Shown here: positions 31,526 to 41,847 of the stretch, one piece after another
Numbering within the stretch: position 1 is the first letter of the stretch
Layout of the letters: each line of letters starts with the position of its first letter
Origin: Nanobdellota archaeon
GTDB lineage: Archaea; Nanobdellota; Nanobdellia; Pacearchaeales; GW2011-AR1
Direction: 5' to 3'
Length of the DNA stretch: 64,000 bases
Assembly: GCA_043810695.1 (NCBI GenBank)
Contig: JBDRNV010000005.1
Location: forward strand, 10,590 to 74,589
Notes under the pieces: model-generated
Databases searched by the model: none
The model's input: only the letters and a program-made list of their open reading frames with translations
Told to the model about the DNA's origin: nothing
Translations under genes and position numbers: made by a program

Positions 31526-32218
31526 TTACTTAAAATATTTCTCAATTTCATCAACAGAACTAATCTGAGAAACAACATGCTTATTATCAATAATCAGAAC
31601 AGGATAACTGGGTATATTAAAACGTTGAAGTATTGAGTTTAAAGAGGTTAAGTCACTATCAACAGCTATGGGAATTAGAATAATCAAATCACCTTTTTCT
31701 TGTTTAAGATCAAAAAGAATTCTTGACCATACTTTATTAGATGCTCTTTTTATTAAATCATCTGTATTATATTCATAAAGATATATTACACTAGAAATAT
31801 TCTTTTTGCATTCTTCTGGAATAGACATAAAATTTATCCATAATAAAGTTCTTAGAAGATCATATTTTCTGTGTGTGACATTTAATTCATTTGTCAGCTT
31901 TCCAGATTCCTCATATTTTTCAAGTAAAATAGCTTCTGAATAAATTCTATCTGCAAATTGAATATTCGAATCTATCAAAACATTACAGTTGATCGCATCA
32001 GTTACATTATTAATATCTGTTAATTTAGTTAAAGCAAAAGAATCCATAAGAAGTATATCTGATAAAATATAATAATCATTAATTTCTGTTAATCTGTTTC
32101 CTTCATAAGCGATGCCTAGAAAAATTCCTATTAAAAAAATAGCTAGTGTTATAATTAGTGCTTGCCAAAAAGAATGTCTTGAATTTCTTAAAGTTTCAGA
32201 TGTTGCCATTTTTACCAA
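31526..32218 (-). CDS. conserved membrane-anchored protein, thioredoxin-like C-terminus
   Basis: N-terminal TM, 'FNIPSYPVLIID'. Confidence 0.65.
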   Translation of the reverse strand: MVKMATSETLRNSRHSFWQALIITLAIFLIGIFLGIAYEGNRLTEINDYYILSDILLMDSFALTKLTDINNVTDAINCNVLIDSNIQFADRIYSEAILLEKYEESGKLTNELNVTHRKYDLLRTLLWINFMSIPEECKKNISSVIYLYEYNTDDLIKRASNKVWSRILFDLKQEKGDLIILIPIAVDSDLTSLNSILQRFNIPSYPVLIIDNKHVVSQISSVDEIEKYFK

Positions 32219-33444
32219 AATTTTTCCTTCTTTATAAATTTAAAGGCTGCTGTAATTAATATTATAGGATATATAAGTAGGTAAATAAATACGTATACTA
32301 AAAAATCTGATATTTTAAATTTTTTAATTTCATTTTCTTTGGTATATGAAAGTGCTAAAATTGTAAAAAATAGACTAAGAGAAAGAATTGCTATTCCAAA
32401 GAATACAAGGATATTGGGAGTAAGATTTATATCTCTTAATGTTAAAATAGCTGTCTGTGCTCCTATCGAATATGTTGTAGCAAGATAATTAATAAAAAAT
32501 CTTCTCAATTCTCGATAAACTAAAATAACAATTCCAAAAAGACCCACAATCCATGATGATACAAAAAAGGGTAAAACAAAACTTCCAAAAATTCCTTTTT
32601 TAGCAAAAGCTCCTTTATGTTTAAATATAGTTTGTATTCCACCAATGTTCCATCTTACTCTTTGACGATACCATTCTTTAACATTATCAGGAACAATTGT
32701 ATGTGTTTTAGATAAAGTACACATCTCAATTTTATATCCTTGAGAAAGAAGATTCCATGTAATCTCAATATCCTCTGTAAGATTATTTTCATCAAAGCCA
32801 CCTATCTTATCAAAGAATTTTTTTCTATATATTGCAAGAGGCCCTGGAGTAACATAAATTGCACCTACAAAACCCAAAAGTTTTCTTGTGAAAGAAATTA
32901 TTCTATATTCTATTGATTGAATTCTTTCAATAAATTTTTCTTTTCTTTTAACAAATATGCTTGGAGTTACAGCAGCAAGTTCTTCGTCATTAAAAAAACC
33001 AACCATTTTAGTTATAGCATCTTTTTGAGGATATGAATCTGCATCAACAAACCCCATAAGTTCTGTATTAACAAACTTTGTTCCATAATTTTTTGAGCCA
33101 GATGCTTTTCCAGTATTTTTAGGAGTTCTTACAGCTTTAACGATATCGTATTTTTTTTCATATTCTTTTATAATTTTATAAGAATCATCAGTGCTGCAGT
33201 CATCAACAACAATTATTTTTTTTAATTCTTTGTAATCTGAATTCAATAGAGATTCAATCACTCCCCCAATGGTTTTTCCTTCATTATAACAAGGAATAAT
33301 TATGCTTAATGAATAGTTTTTAGTTAATTTTGGATAAGAAAAAAGTTCATTTTTATTCTTCGTGTAAATAAGAATAAAAAGAAAAATAAGATATAAAGCT
33401 ATAAATGAATAAAGAAGGTAGATTATTGTAAGAAATTCAGGCAT
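32212..33444 (-). CDS. processive GT2 glycosyltransferase (PgaC/cellulose synthase-like)
   Basis: 'VDDCSTD', 'DAD', 'TED', 'QRVRW'. Confidence 0.92.
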   Translation of the reverse strand: MPEFLTIIYLLYSFIALYLIFLFILIYTKNKNELFSYPKLTKNYSLSIIIPCYNEGKTIGGVIESLLNSDYKELKKIIVVDDCSTDDSYKIIKEYEKKYDIVKAVRTPKNTGKASGSKNYGTKFVNTELMGFVDADSYPQKDAITKMVGFFNDEELAAVTPSIFVKRKEKFIERIQSIEYRIISFTRKLLGFVGAIYVTPGPLAIYRKKFFDKIGGFDENNLTEDIEITWNLLSQGYKIEMCTLSKTHTIVPDNVKEWYRQRVRWNIGGIQTIFKHKGAFAKKGIFGSFVLPFFVSSWIVGLFGIVILVYRELRRFFINYLATTYSIGAQTAILTLRDINLTPNILVFFGIAILSLSLFFTILALSYTKENEIKKFKISDFLVYVFIYLLIYPIILITAAFKFIKKEKFW

Positions 33445-33567
33445 TTTTTATTATTTTTATTTTTAATTTAGTTAATTATTAATTTTAATTATATAGGAAA
33501 TATGAGAGTTATATAGATTATTGTCCTATATATTGATATTTAAGTGTAAAAATTGCTTTTTTATTTA

Positions 33568-34095
33568 TTATTCAGTCTTTTGAGGATTTATATCCTGTTC
33601 AGAAACATTGAAATAATTATAAAATTCATCAGCAAGAGAAAGTTCGTATGTATGTCCTATTTTTTTCTTTTTGACTAAGTCAAGCTCATTAAATCTTTTG
33701 ATGTGCTCATAAGCCTTATTTCCCCTGATTTTTACAACAACAGATTGTTTTATTGGTTGCTTAAAAGCGATAATTGCGAGCGTTCCTTGTTCTGATTTTG
33801 AAAATTCACTGCTTCCTGTTGCAATTCTGCTTGTCAGATGAGCGTGCTCATGTGAAACATCCATTTTCCACATCTCATTTTTCTCAATAATTTTTATTGC
33901 TGAATTCTGGTTCTCATATTTCTTTTTTAGTTCTTCTATAACCTCTTGTATTATAATTGGGTTTAAATCAGAAAGTGAAACAATCTCTGCCATATTCAAA
34001 AATTTGCCAGCAACAAACAGAATCGCTTCTATTCTTTTAGCATTGTCTTTTTCTTTTGTGTTCTCAATATCTTCTATTGTTTCGTTTTTTATCAT
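33568..34095 (-). CDS. scpB: segregation and condensation protein B
   Basis: 'IEAILF', 'TLAIIAFKQPI', 'IRG'. Confidence 0.9.
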   Translation of the reverse strand: MIKNETIEDIENTKEKDNAKRIEAILFVAGKFLNMAEIVSLSDLNPIIIQEVIEELKKKYENQNSAIKIIEKNEMWKMDVSHEHAHLTSRIATGSSEFSKSEQGTLAIIAFKQPIKQSVVVKIRGNKAYEHIKRFNELDLVKKKKIGHTYELSLADEFYNYFNVSEQDINPQKTE

Positions 34096-34203
34096 GAAAT
34101 ATAAAAGTCTGTAAGGATTTTAAAGGTTTTGAGATACTCTAAAAATTTATATAAATATACTTAAAACAATAGGTATTTAATTTTGATATTATTTATATAA
34201 CAT

Positions 34204-34722
34204 ATGAATAAAATAATTTATAAAAAGATATTATTAAGAACATTGGTTTTTCTGGTTATAATTTTTTTGGTTCTTTTCTTAATTCGTTTTTTTAGTTCTA
34301 AAGAATTAGATGATATTAGTCCAAAAATTCCATGTGAAAGAGATTTAATTGATAAAGTAGATGTACTGTGGGTAATACCTAATTATAATAATCTTTCAAT
34401 TTCTGAAAATAAAGAATGGTGTTCTTATATTCTTAGTTTAAATAAAAGCATTGGAATGCATGGAGTAACGCATCAATATAATGAGTTTAACACGGACAGG
34501 CAGCAAGAATATCTTGAAGAAGGAATAAATATATTCAGAGATTGTTTTAATTTTCAGCCAATCATGTTCAAGCCTCCTCAATTAAAGATTTCAAAAAATA
34601 ACATGAATTTAATAAAAAATAAGAATATGAAATTAAAAAAAAGAATTAATCAGATGGTGCATAAAGTATATCATTGTAGTGATTCTGATATTCTCAAAAA
34701 TTGGGTTATTAATTTATTTTAA
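34204..34722 (+). CDS. polysaccharide deacetylase-like (DUF2334) protein
   Basis: 'LDDISP', 'GMHGVTH', 'FKPPQ'. Confidence 0.75.
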   Translation: MNKIIYKKILLRTLVFLVIIFLVLFLIRFFSSKELDDISPKIPCERDLIDKVDVLWVIPNYNNLSISENKEWCSYILSLNKSIGMHGVTHQYNEFNTDRQQEYLEEGINIFRDCFNFQPIMFKPPQLKISKNNMNLIKNKNMKLKKRINQMVHKVYHCSDSDILKNWVINLF

Positions 34723-35790
34723 ATCATTTTTGATACCTCTTAAAAAAGTATAATATTTATTTGAATCAATGGAGATGAGCAACCAATCTAAAAGTTTCCT
34801 TTTATTCTCAGGAAAATCTCTAATTGAATTTTTTGCTTTTTTCTTAAATTCTCTTGCATAACTTATAGTATAATCAATTGCTCCATTTTGAATGAGCAAA
34901 GGAGTAACCTCTTCTATTTGTTCTGGAGGTATTTCTTTACCTTTCTCTAATATTTGTATAATTTTTTTAACTCTTTCTTTATCACTATCATGATACAATG
35001 TATAAATTACTGGAATTGTTAAATGTCCATTTCTTATATCTGTATAGGCATCATCAGGAATTTTAGTAGTTGTGCTAATCCCCGCTTTTGCTGGAACAAA
35101 ATCTGCAATATCATTCATAATTTGATGAGCAATACCAAAATTTTTACCAAATTCAGATAGTGCGTTTATTTGTTCATTAGAGCCCTCAGCTAACATTCCT
35201 CCAATTTTAGCAATTCTTTCAATAAAAGCAGCATTTATTTTATATGTCCTTTCAAAAAATAAATCATTCATTCCACTTTCAGAAAGAGGTTTGTTCGGAT
35301 TTTGATAAGTATTAACATTTATATCAATAAATTGTCCTTCATGAAATATTCTATTGCTTTCATTTAACAAACAAGATACTGCAACTAACTTTTCAAGAGG
35401 CAGTCTATCTCCCATTTCATATAAAGCAACCCCTTTTAAATCTCTCATTAAAAAAGCTGCAGTTAGTATATTTTTGTCTTCATCTCTGCTCCTTTTCCCG
35501 CCTTTTTCATCTTGAATCCAATTAGCATAATACATAGAAGAAAGTAAAAACTCTATAGAAGCTCCTATAGGAGCAATCCATTTCCAATCTTTTTCTGTTA
35601 ATGACTGATAAGAAGCACGCAAAAGATAAGTTCTAAAATTAGAGCCTTGCTTCATAAATGCTTGAGGTATTTGAGAAATTATATCATATAATTTCCCTTT
35701 TGATTCTTTAAATCTATCAAGATACATTCTAACCAAGGGATGAACAACTTGAGCAGTTTCCTTCATTAAATTAAAATATTCAGTAACCAT
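34714..35790 (-). CDS. polyprenyl synthetase-fold protein with altered Asp-rich motifs
   Basis: 'EGQFID', 'FGIAHQIMNDIAD', 'DIRNGHLT'; first motif reads 'NWIQD'. Confidence 0.8.
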   Translation of the reverse strand: MVTEYFNLMKETAQVVHPLVRMYLDRFKESKGKLYDIISQIPQAFMKQGSNFRTYLLRASYQSLTEKDWKWIAPIGASIEFLLSSMYYANWIQDEKGGKRSRDEDKNILTAAFLMRDLKGVALYEMGDRLPLEKLVAVSCLLNESNRIFHEGQFIDINVNTYQNPNKPLSESGMNDLFFERTYKINAAFIERIAKIGGMLAEGSNEQINALSEFGKNFGIAHQIMNDIADFVPAKAGISTTTKIPDDAYTDIRNGHLTIPVIYTLYHDSDKERVKKIIQILEKGKEIPPEQIEEVTPLLIQNGAIDYTISYAREFKKKAKNSIRDFPENKRKLLDWLLISIDSNKYYTFLRGIKNDLK

Positions 35791-35824
35791 TAATAAGTGA
35801 TAGCTAATTGTTTTAAGAATTTTT

Positions 35825-35842
35825 TACTTGATATGTCAAGTA
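35825..35842. promoter_or_regulatory. inverted repeat TACTTGA-TATG-TCAAGTA (near copy at 36500-36516)
   Basis: 7-bp arms; second copy 16/17 identical directly at the regulator start. Confidence 0.6.
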
Positions 35843-35843
35843 T

Positions 35844-36500
35844 CTACTTATTCAAAAATGGAATTATTTTTGATTCTGCTCTGCTCAAAAATTCATGCAC
35901 TGCTGATTTTGAAACCCTCATTATTTTAGCAATTTCATTAAGATTAGTCTTTTTTGGAAATTTGTAGTAGCCTTTGTTTACTGCTAATTCAAAAGTTTCT
36001 CTTTGTTTTAGACTTAATCTTGGCAATAATTGTAATAAATAAACCTCATCAAGTTTCTTTTCAACAAATTTGATAATCTCAAAATGAATAAAAATCTTGC
36101 TTTTTTCAAGATTAATTATATTGGCTAGTGCTGTTCTATCCCAAGAAGCAATTTCCCAATATTCAAAACCATCATCACTATTTATCATAGGAGATGGAAA
36201 AAACAATTTAGAATTATAAACCTGCTTATATTTACTAGTATAATTTTCTTCTTTTACTAATGTAAATATAACGTTTTGAGAAATTTCCAGTTTTATTACT
36301 TTTTTACAATTTCTAAGATATGAAATATATTTTTTCTTGTTTGATTCTTTTCCTTCTAAAATGTGTATTGCTGAAAAAAGATGAACTCCTTTCTCAACAT
36401 ATTCGCCTAATGGGTACATAAAATCTTTTATCTTAAACTTTTTAGTTTTTTGTGTATATATACAATCTCTATGTTGAAGTTTAAATTTCAAATACCACAT
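35844..36500 (-). CDS. HTH_10 (Bat-type) transcriptional regulator
   Basis: C-terminal 'LSLKQRETFELAVNKGYYKFPKKTNLNEIA...KSAVHEFLSRAE'. Confidence 0.88.
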   Translation of the reverse strand: MWYLKFKLQHRDCIYTQKTKKFKIKDFMYPLGEYVEKGVHLFSAIHILEGKESNKKKYISYLRNCKKVIKLEISQNVIFTLVKEENYTSKYKQVYNSKLFFPSPMINSDDGFEYWEIASWDRTALANIINLEKSKIFIHFEIIKFVEKKLDEVYLLQLLPRLSLKQRETFELAVNKGYYKFPKKTNLNEIAKIMRVSKSAVHEFLSRAESKIIPFLNK

Positions 36501-36609
36501 ACTTTATATGTCAAGTTATAGATATTTAAATTTATCTTAGGTTCATAGTTTTTTGATTAAAAAAGACCACTTAATGCACCAGAGAAAGGCAAAGTAGTGA
36601 AATACTGTA

Positions 36610-37689
36610 TTATATTCTAAATCGCAGTATTGCCCCAATACCACTCATATTATAGAATTGCTCACCTTCTGTCATATCTATAGATACTATTTTTATCTCA
36701 GAACCTATATTATCAGCTAATTCTTTCAATTCTTTTAAAAGAGCCTTTGAAAGTTTAGCAGACAGAAATAAAATATTAACAGCACCAAGCTGCAAGGCTC
36801 TTCTTGTTTCTTTTTCTCCAAGAATTGTCTTTTCAGGATTCTTTCCAAGATGCTGAAAGAAATTTTCTATATCTTTTTTTTCTTGAGTTCTTTCATGATT
36901 TGCCAAAAGTCCAGCAGATTTTTCAACAAGCTCTTTAAGCCCTGATTCAGAAGAATCGCCAACATCTATTTTTCCCATAACCTTTTGTCTTAAATTTGTA
37001 GTAAGATACTCACCATCAAGAAATTCGTCTTTTGTAGGTATTGGTCCTCCAACTAGAATTCCTTTCAATTTTGGCATATTAAAAAAAATTTCTTTCATTT
37101 CATTTGCAATTCTTTTGTAAAATTCTTTTGTAAGTCCTTCTGTTATTCTATGAAACCTTTGAGAACTTTGCCCTCCAGCTCTTACTTTGCTCGGAACACC
37201 AGAAGTCATTTTCTGTAAAAATTCTATTCTTTTTCCTTCAAGAAGACCAATTGTTGCTTCTTTTCTATCCATAACTAGCAAACCAAAAACTTCTGAAACT
37301 TCAAGTATTTCTTTCAAAGGTTCAAGAACAAATTCCTTGGCACAGCGGTACATTCTGATTTTAAGAGGTGTTATTGATTCAATAGCCCAAAGCCTCAAAT
37401 CATCCTGCCCCTCAATTTTAGATATATTACCGCAAAAAATAGCAAGTCCATTTTCCGGTGTTTTTTTGTATTCTTTCAACTGTCTTGTTATTTTATCAAG
37501 GGCATTGCCAACATTTTTTTTTGTAGAAGTTGATTTAATGTTCTTTGCGGTTGATTTCTCAGCTTCAAGCTGATCCACAACAGTATAGATGTTCTGTCCG
37601 GCCGGAATATAAACACTTATTAGTTCTGTAGCCCTGCCTTTATATTGTTCAAGTTCTTCAATAATTTCAAAAAGTTCTTCTTTATTCAT
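36610..37689 (-). CDS. prf1: peptide chain release factor aRF1
   Basis: 'NIKS', 'YRC...F', 'GGQS'. Confidence 0.96.
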   Translation of the reverse strand: MNKEELFEIIEELEQYKGRATELISVYIPAGQNIYTVVDQLEAEKSTAKNIKSTSTKKNVGNALDKITRQLKEYKKTPENGLAIFCGNISKIEGQDDLRLWAIESITPLKIRMYRCAKEFVLEPLKEILEVSEVFGLLVMDRKEATIGLLEGKRIEFLQKMTSGVPSKVRAGGQSSQRFHRITEGLTKEFYKRIANEMKEIFFNMPKLKGILVGGPIPTKDEFLDGEYLTTNLRQKVMGKIDVGDSSESGLKELVEKSAGLLANHERTQEKKDIENFFQHLGKNPEKTILGEKETRRALQLGAVNILFLSAKLSKALLKELKELADNIGSEIKIVSIDMTEGEQFYNMSGIGAILRFRI

Positions 37690-37745
37690 TTTCTTTGGAA
37701 AGTGAATTATACAAAATCTCTGATTTTAGTTTGCTGATTGTCATT

Positions 37746-40079
37746 TTAATTTTTTATTTTAAATTCTTTACCTGATTCAAATGTTACTGCTCCAGATGTT
37801 GCTTCAAAACGTTTGCCGTAATTATAATCAAGTATCATTTTATAATCTTTATCTGGCAGAGTAATAGATTTCAGTGGTGCATTTAAAGGCATCTTATTTT
37901 CTGATTTATATTTCTTTATTTTTGATAAATATTCTTTAATCATATCCCAAAATCCTTTAATTTTTTCGTTTCCTAGTTCAGGCCATTTAGATATATGGAT
38001 ACTTTTATCTCTTTCATATTTTCTAAAATATTCCTGATAAATGTATTCTGTAATAAAAGGTGTTATTGGAGCAAATAGTTTTAAAATTGTTAATAAACTT
38101 TTATACAGTGTGTAATTTACTGATTGTTGTTCATCTTTATCACCTTGATAAACAACTTTCTTAATAGTTTCTAAGTAATTATCACAGAAATCTTTCCAGA
38201 AAAATTTTTCAATTTCTTGTTTTGCTTTCGAATATTCATAAACTAAGAAATAATCTGTTACAGATTTAATAATATTATTTAATTTCCCTAAAAATTCAAT
38301 ATCTGCCTTTTCTAATTCAGTAGGTTTTTTTCCATCAAAATCTTTAAGATTCATAAAAACAAAATTTGATGCATTCCATAATTTTGTGATAAATTTTTTT
38401 CCTTCAAGCACATCTTTTTCAGAGTAATCTAAATCTTCTCCTAATTTAGAACCAGCTGCCCAGAATCTTACTGCATCTACCCCATATTTTTCCATGACTT
38501 CTTTTGGATTAATTACTATCCCTTTTGATTTAGACATTTTCTTTCCTTCTAATGTAACAAAACCAGAGAGCATAATATTTTCCCACGGAATTTTATGTTC
38601 ACTGAAATAAGATTTTACTATAGTATAAAACACCCATGTTCTTATTATATCATGAGCCTGTGGTCTTAATGAATAAGGAATTTTTATTTTGTTTTTTATT
38701 AAAGAAGAGGCAAGCCGTGGTGTAAGTGAAGAAGTAGCCCATGTATCAAGAACTCGAGTTTCTGGTTCTGCTACTTTTTTGCATTTTGGACAGATTTTTT
38801 TAAGATTCATAGGATCCACTGGAAGCTCCTTTTTATCAGGAAGAATTATTTTATTGCACTCTATACATTGCCATACAGGAATTGGCACTCCAAAATGCCT
38901 GTCTCTTGATACAATCCAATCCCATTGTAATCCATTTACCCAGTTTTCATATCGTTTAGACATATATTCTGGATGCCATTTTATTCTTTTTCCGTATTCT
39001 AAAAATTCCTTTTTTTTGTCAAGAATTTTTATAAACCATTGATCTGTGGGAAGAAATTCTATTTCTGTACCGCATTTATCATGAACATTTACAACATGGG
39101 ATATCTTTTCTGAATTAATAATTAGTCCTTTTGATTTCAAATCTTGAAGAATTTTTGCTTTTGCTTCTTTTATTTTAAGTCCTTTATATCTCTCTTCTTT
39201 CATAGTTCCATCATAATTAATAACTATTCTTGGCTCAAGTTTTAATCTTTTTAAAGCATCTACATCAAATTTATCACCATATGAACAAATCATCATCGCG
39301 CCTGTTCCTTTTTCCATATCTGCAGATTTATCTGCAAATATAGGAACTTCATAATTAAAAAGAGGAACTTTTGCTTTTTTTCCTACAAATTTTTTATATT
39401 TTTTATCAGAAGGATGAACAAAAATTGCAACACATGCTGGTATTAATTCAGGACGAGTAGTTGATATTGGCAATATTTCATTTCCTACAAAAAATTTAAG
39501 AGTTGTAAAAAAACTAAAAAATTCTCTATCTTCAAGTTCTGCCTGGGCAATTGCTGTCTGGCATTCAGGACACCATATAGAAGGAAATCCTAACTTGTAT
39601 ACTCTTCCAGCTTTGTACAAATTTAAAAATGATTCCTGTGATATTTTCTGGGAGTTTTTATCGATTGTGGAGTAATATATCTCATAATCAGCACTTATTC
39701 CTATATTTTTCCATTGTTGTATAAAACCAGGTGTGATTTTTTTTAGAGTTTTAAGACAGAGTTCTATAAATTCTGATCTTGGCATTTCTTTGCTTTTAAC
39801 ATTATTCAGTCTTTCTATTAGTCTTTCTGTCGGTAAACCATTATCATCTGTTCCAAAAGGATAAAAAATCATTCCATCATACATTCTTCTAAATCTTGCT
39901 ATAAAATCCTGCTGAGAATATGAAAAAGCATGGCCTATATGCATATCTCCAGAAACAGTTGGGGGAGGGGTGTCTATACTATAAGTTTTTAATTTTCCAG
40001 GCTTAAATTCATAGATTTTTTCTTTTTCCCAGAAATCCAGTATTTTGGGCTCGTCAGATAAAGGATCATAAATTTTCAT
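37746..40079 (-). CDS. valS: valyl-tRNA synthetase
   Basis: 'DTPPPTVSG', 'HIGH', 'KMSKSKG', 'QAHDIIRTW'. Confidence 0.95.
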   Translation of the reverse strand: MKIYDPLSDEPKILDFWEKEKIYEFKPGKLKTYSIDTPPPTVSGDMHIGHAFSYSQQDFIARFRRMYDGMIFYPFGTDDNGLPTERLIERLNNVKSKEMPRSEFIELCLKTLKKITPGFIQQWKNIGISADYEIYYSTIDKNSQKISQESFLNLYKAGRVYKLGFPSIWCPECQTAIAQAELEDREFFSFFTTLKFFVGNEILPISTTRPELIPACVAIFVHPSDKKYKKFVGKKAKVPLFNYEVPIFADKSADMEKGTGAMMICSYGDKFDVDALKRLKLEPRIVINYDGTMKEERYKGLKIKEAKAKILQDLKSKGLIINSEKISHVVNVHDKCGTEIEFLPTDQWFIKILDKKKEFLEYGKRIKWHPEYMSKRYENWVNGLQWDWIVSRDRHFGVPIPVWQCIECNKIILPDKKELPVDPMNLKKICPKCKKVAEPETRVLDTWATSSLTPRLASSLIKNKIKIPYSLRPQAHDIIRTWVFYTIVKSYFSEHKIPWENIMLSGFVTLEGKKMSKSKGIVINPKEVMEKYGVDAVRFWAAGSKLGEDLDYSEKDVLEGKKFITKLWNASNFVFMNLKDFDGKKPTELEKADIEFLGKLNNIIKSVTDYFLVYEYSKAKQEIEKFFWKDFCDNYLETIKKVVYQGDKDEQQSVNYTLYKSLLTILKLFAPITPFITEYIYQEYFRKYERDKSIHISKWPELGNEKIKGFWDMIKEYLSKIKKYKSENKMPLNAPLKSITLPDKDYKMILDYNYGKRFEATSGAVTFESGKEFKIKN

Positions 40080-40140
40080 ATATTAAAAAGATAAGATAAC
40101 TTTTAAAAACTATCCCCCTCTTTCTAAATTATAAGATAAA

Positions 40141-40296
40141 ATGGCAGATAATCGAATTCAGATGCCCTCTGGTTATGGCGGATTGATGAGATTTAGTGAG
40201 GAATATAAAAGCAAAATAATGTTAAAACCAGCCCACATAATCGCATTTGTAATTTTAATAATAGTTTTCAGAATTTTTCTGGAGTTTATTTTTTAA
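40141..40296 (+). CDS. secG: preprotein translocase Sec61beta (absent from ORF track)
   Basis: translated by hand: MADNRIQMPSGYGGLMRFSEEYKSKIMLKPAHIIAFVILIIVFRIFLEFIF; GL.R.....P + C-terminal TM. Confidence 0.88.
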   Translation: MADNRIQMPSGYGGLMRFSEEYKSKIMLKPAHIIAFVILIIVFRIFLEFIF

Positions 40297-40342
40297 ATAA
40301 TCAATACAAAAAATATAAATAGGCTTTTATATAAAAATAAAC

Positions 40343-40708
40343 ATGCTAGGCGGACTTGGCGGATTAAATCCTAAGAAAATGCAGGAAATGATGAAGAAGA
40401 TTGGTATGGATCAGGAAGAAATATCTGCCTCAAGAGTGATTATTGAAAAGCAAGATGGAGAAAAAATTTTCATTGAAAATCCTTCTGTAACCAAAATAAA
40501 AATTCAGGGGCAGGAAAGTTTCCAGATTGCAGGTGATATTTCTAAAGAAACAGAAAACATTGAAGGAAGTTTTTCAGAATTAGATGTAAAAACAGTAATA
40601 GACAAAACAGGTTCTACAAAAAAACAGGCAGTTTTAGCGCTGGAAAATTCAAGAGGAGATCTTGCAGAAGCTATTTTAAGACTTAGTAGCGGAGAGGTAG
40701 TAAATTAA
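40343..40708 (+). CDS. nac: nascent polypeptide-associated complex protein
   Basis: 'NPKKMQEMMKKIG', 'FQIAG', UBA-like 'GDLAEAIL'. Confidence 0.93.
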   Translation: MLGGLGGLNPKKMQEMMKKIGMDQEEISASRVIIEKQDGEKIFIENPSVTKIKIQGQESFQIAGDISKETENIEGSFSELDVKTVIDKTGSTKKQAVLALENSRGDLAEAILRLSSGEVVN

Positions 40709-40773
40709 TATTTTCTCAATATATGCTTCCAAATTACCAAAATATATATCAATTCTAGATTCCTAAAAGAAAC

Positions 40774-41244
40774 ATGGAAAAATTTTTAGAAAATATTATG
40801 GAAGCTGAAAAAAGTCTTCAAGTAGCAGACCACATGACATATATAACTTTTCCTTTGATTAAAGATAAAAGGCTTCTTTTAAAGATATTGCAGGAAATAA
40901 AAAATGCAGTCGCCCATTGCATAAGTTCAATACTTCAGCATGATTATATTTACAAAAAAATAGAACTCTATAAAGATCCTAAGTCAAACTTTAAGGTTTT
41001 CACTGAAAAATGCGCTCCTGCATACAACATAACTAAAGAAGAAATAGGGCTGGTTATTGAATTGTTTGATTTCATAGAAAAACATAAACAAAGTCCATTT
41101 GAATTTGTAAAAGACGACAAGGTTGTTATTTTATCAAACGGTTTAAAGCCAAAAACACTGACTCTTGATAAAACAAAGGAATTTTTAATTCTTGGAAAAA
41201 ATCTCGTGAAAAAAATGCGTGAGACATTCAGAACAAATGATTAA
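40774..41244 (+). CDS. conserved hypothetical helical protein
   Basis: 156-aa ORF, 'ADHMTY' motif. Confidence 0.7.
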   Translation: MEKFLENIMEAEKSLQVADHMTYITFPLIKDKRLLLKILQEIKNAVAHCISSILQHDYIYKKIELYKDPKSNFKVFTEKCAPAYNITKEEIGLVIELFDFIEKHKQSPFEFVKDDKVVILSNGLKPKTLTLDKTKEFLILGKNLVKKMRETFRTND

Positions 41245-41375
41245 CTTAAAATTCCAATGGAAATAGAGGTTCAATATTTATGCATATAAAACATCGTCGG
41301 AAGAAAAGTATAAAAAGCTCATATGCATCTTATTGTATACTTCTAATTTAACAATAAAAATAAAAAAGAAGGATT

Positions 41376-41819
41376 TTGATGGAAGAAATAATACAAGAAA
41401 AAATAAGTGCAGACCACCTTCTTTATGTTAGTCTAAAGTATACAAAAACTTGCGATGTTATTATGAATCTTATTCTAAGATGGAGAAAAATGATAGAAAC
41501 AAGCATTAATGAACTTCTAAAACGCGCAAAAACCAAAAAAAAGATATCTAAAATCCCATTAAATCCAGTGGGAAAGATTGATGCCATCAAAATACTCTTT
41601 AAAAAAGATAAAGAGTTTCTTGAAGTAATAGATATGTACGAATTATTTAAGAAAATAGAAGAATTAAGAAAAGAAAGAATTGGAGAATTTAGAAAAAATG
41701 TAACACTCAGAGTTTTTTATAGGGGGGAGGAAATAAATATAAATTTAGAAAAATTAAAAATTTATGCAGATAAGTTAGAAAAGTTTATAAGTACCACAAA
41801 GCAATTTCTTTTATCATAA
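41376..41819 (+). CDS. conserved hypothetical helical protein
   Basis: 147-aa ORF, 'ADHLLYVSLKYTKT'. Confidence 0.7.
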   Translation: MMEEIIQEKISADHLLYVSLKYTKTCDVIMNLILRWRKMIETSINELLKRAKTKKKISKIPLNPVGKIDAIKILFKKDKEFLEVIDMYELFKKIEELRKERIGEFRKNVTLRVFYRGEEININLEKLKIYADKLEKFISTTKQFLLS

Positions 41820-41847
41820 ATTTAAAATCTCCGTTGGAGTTTAAAAA

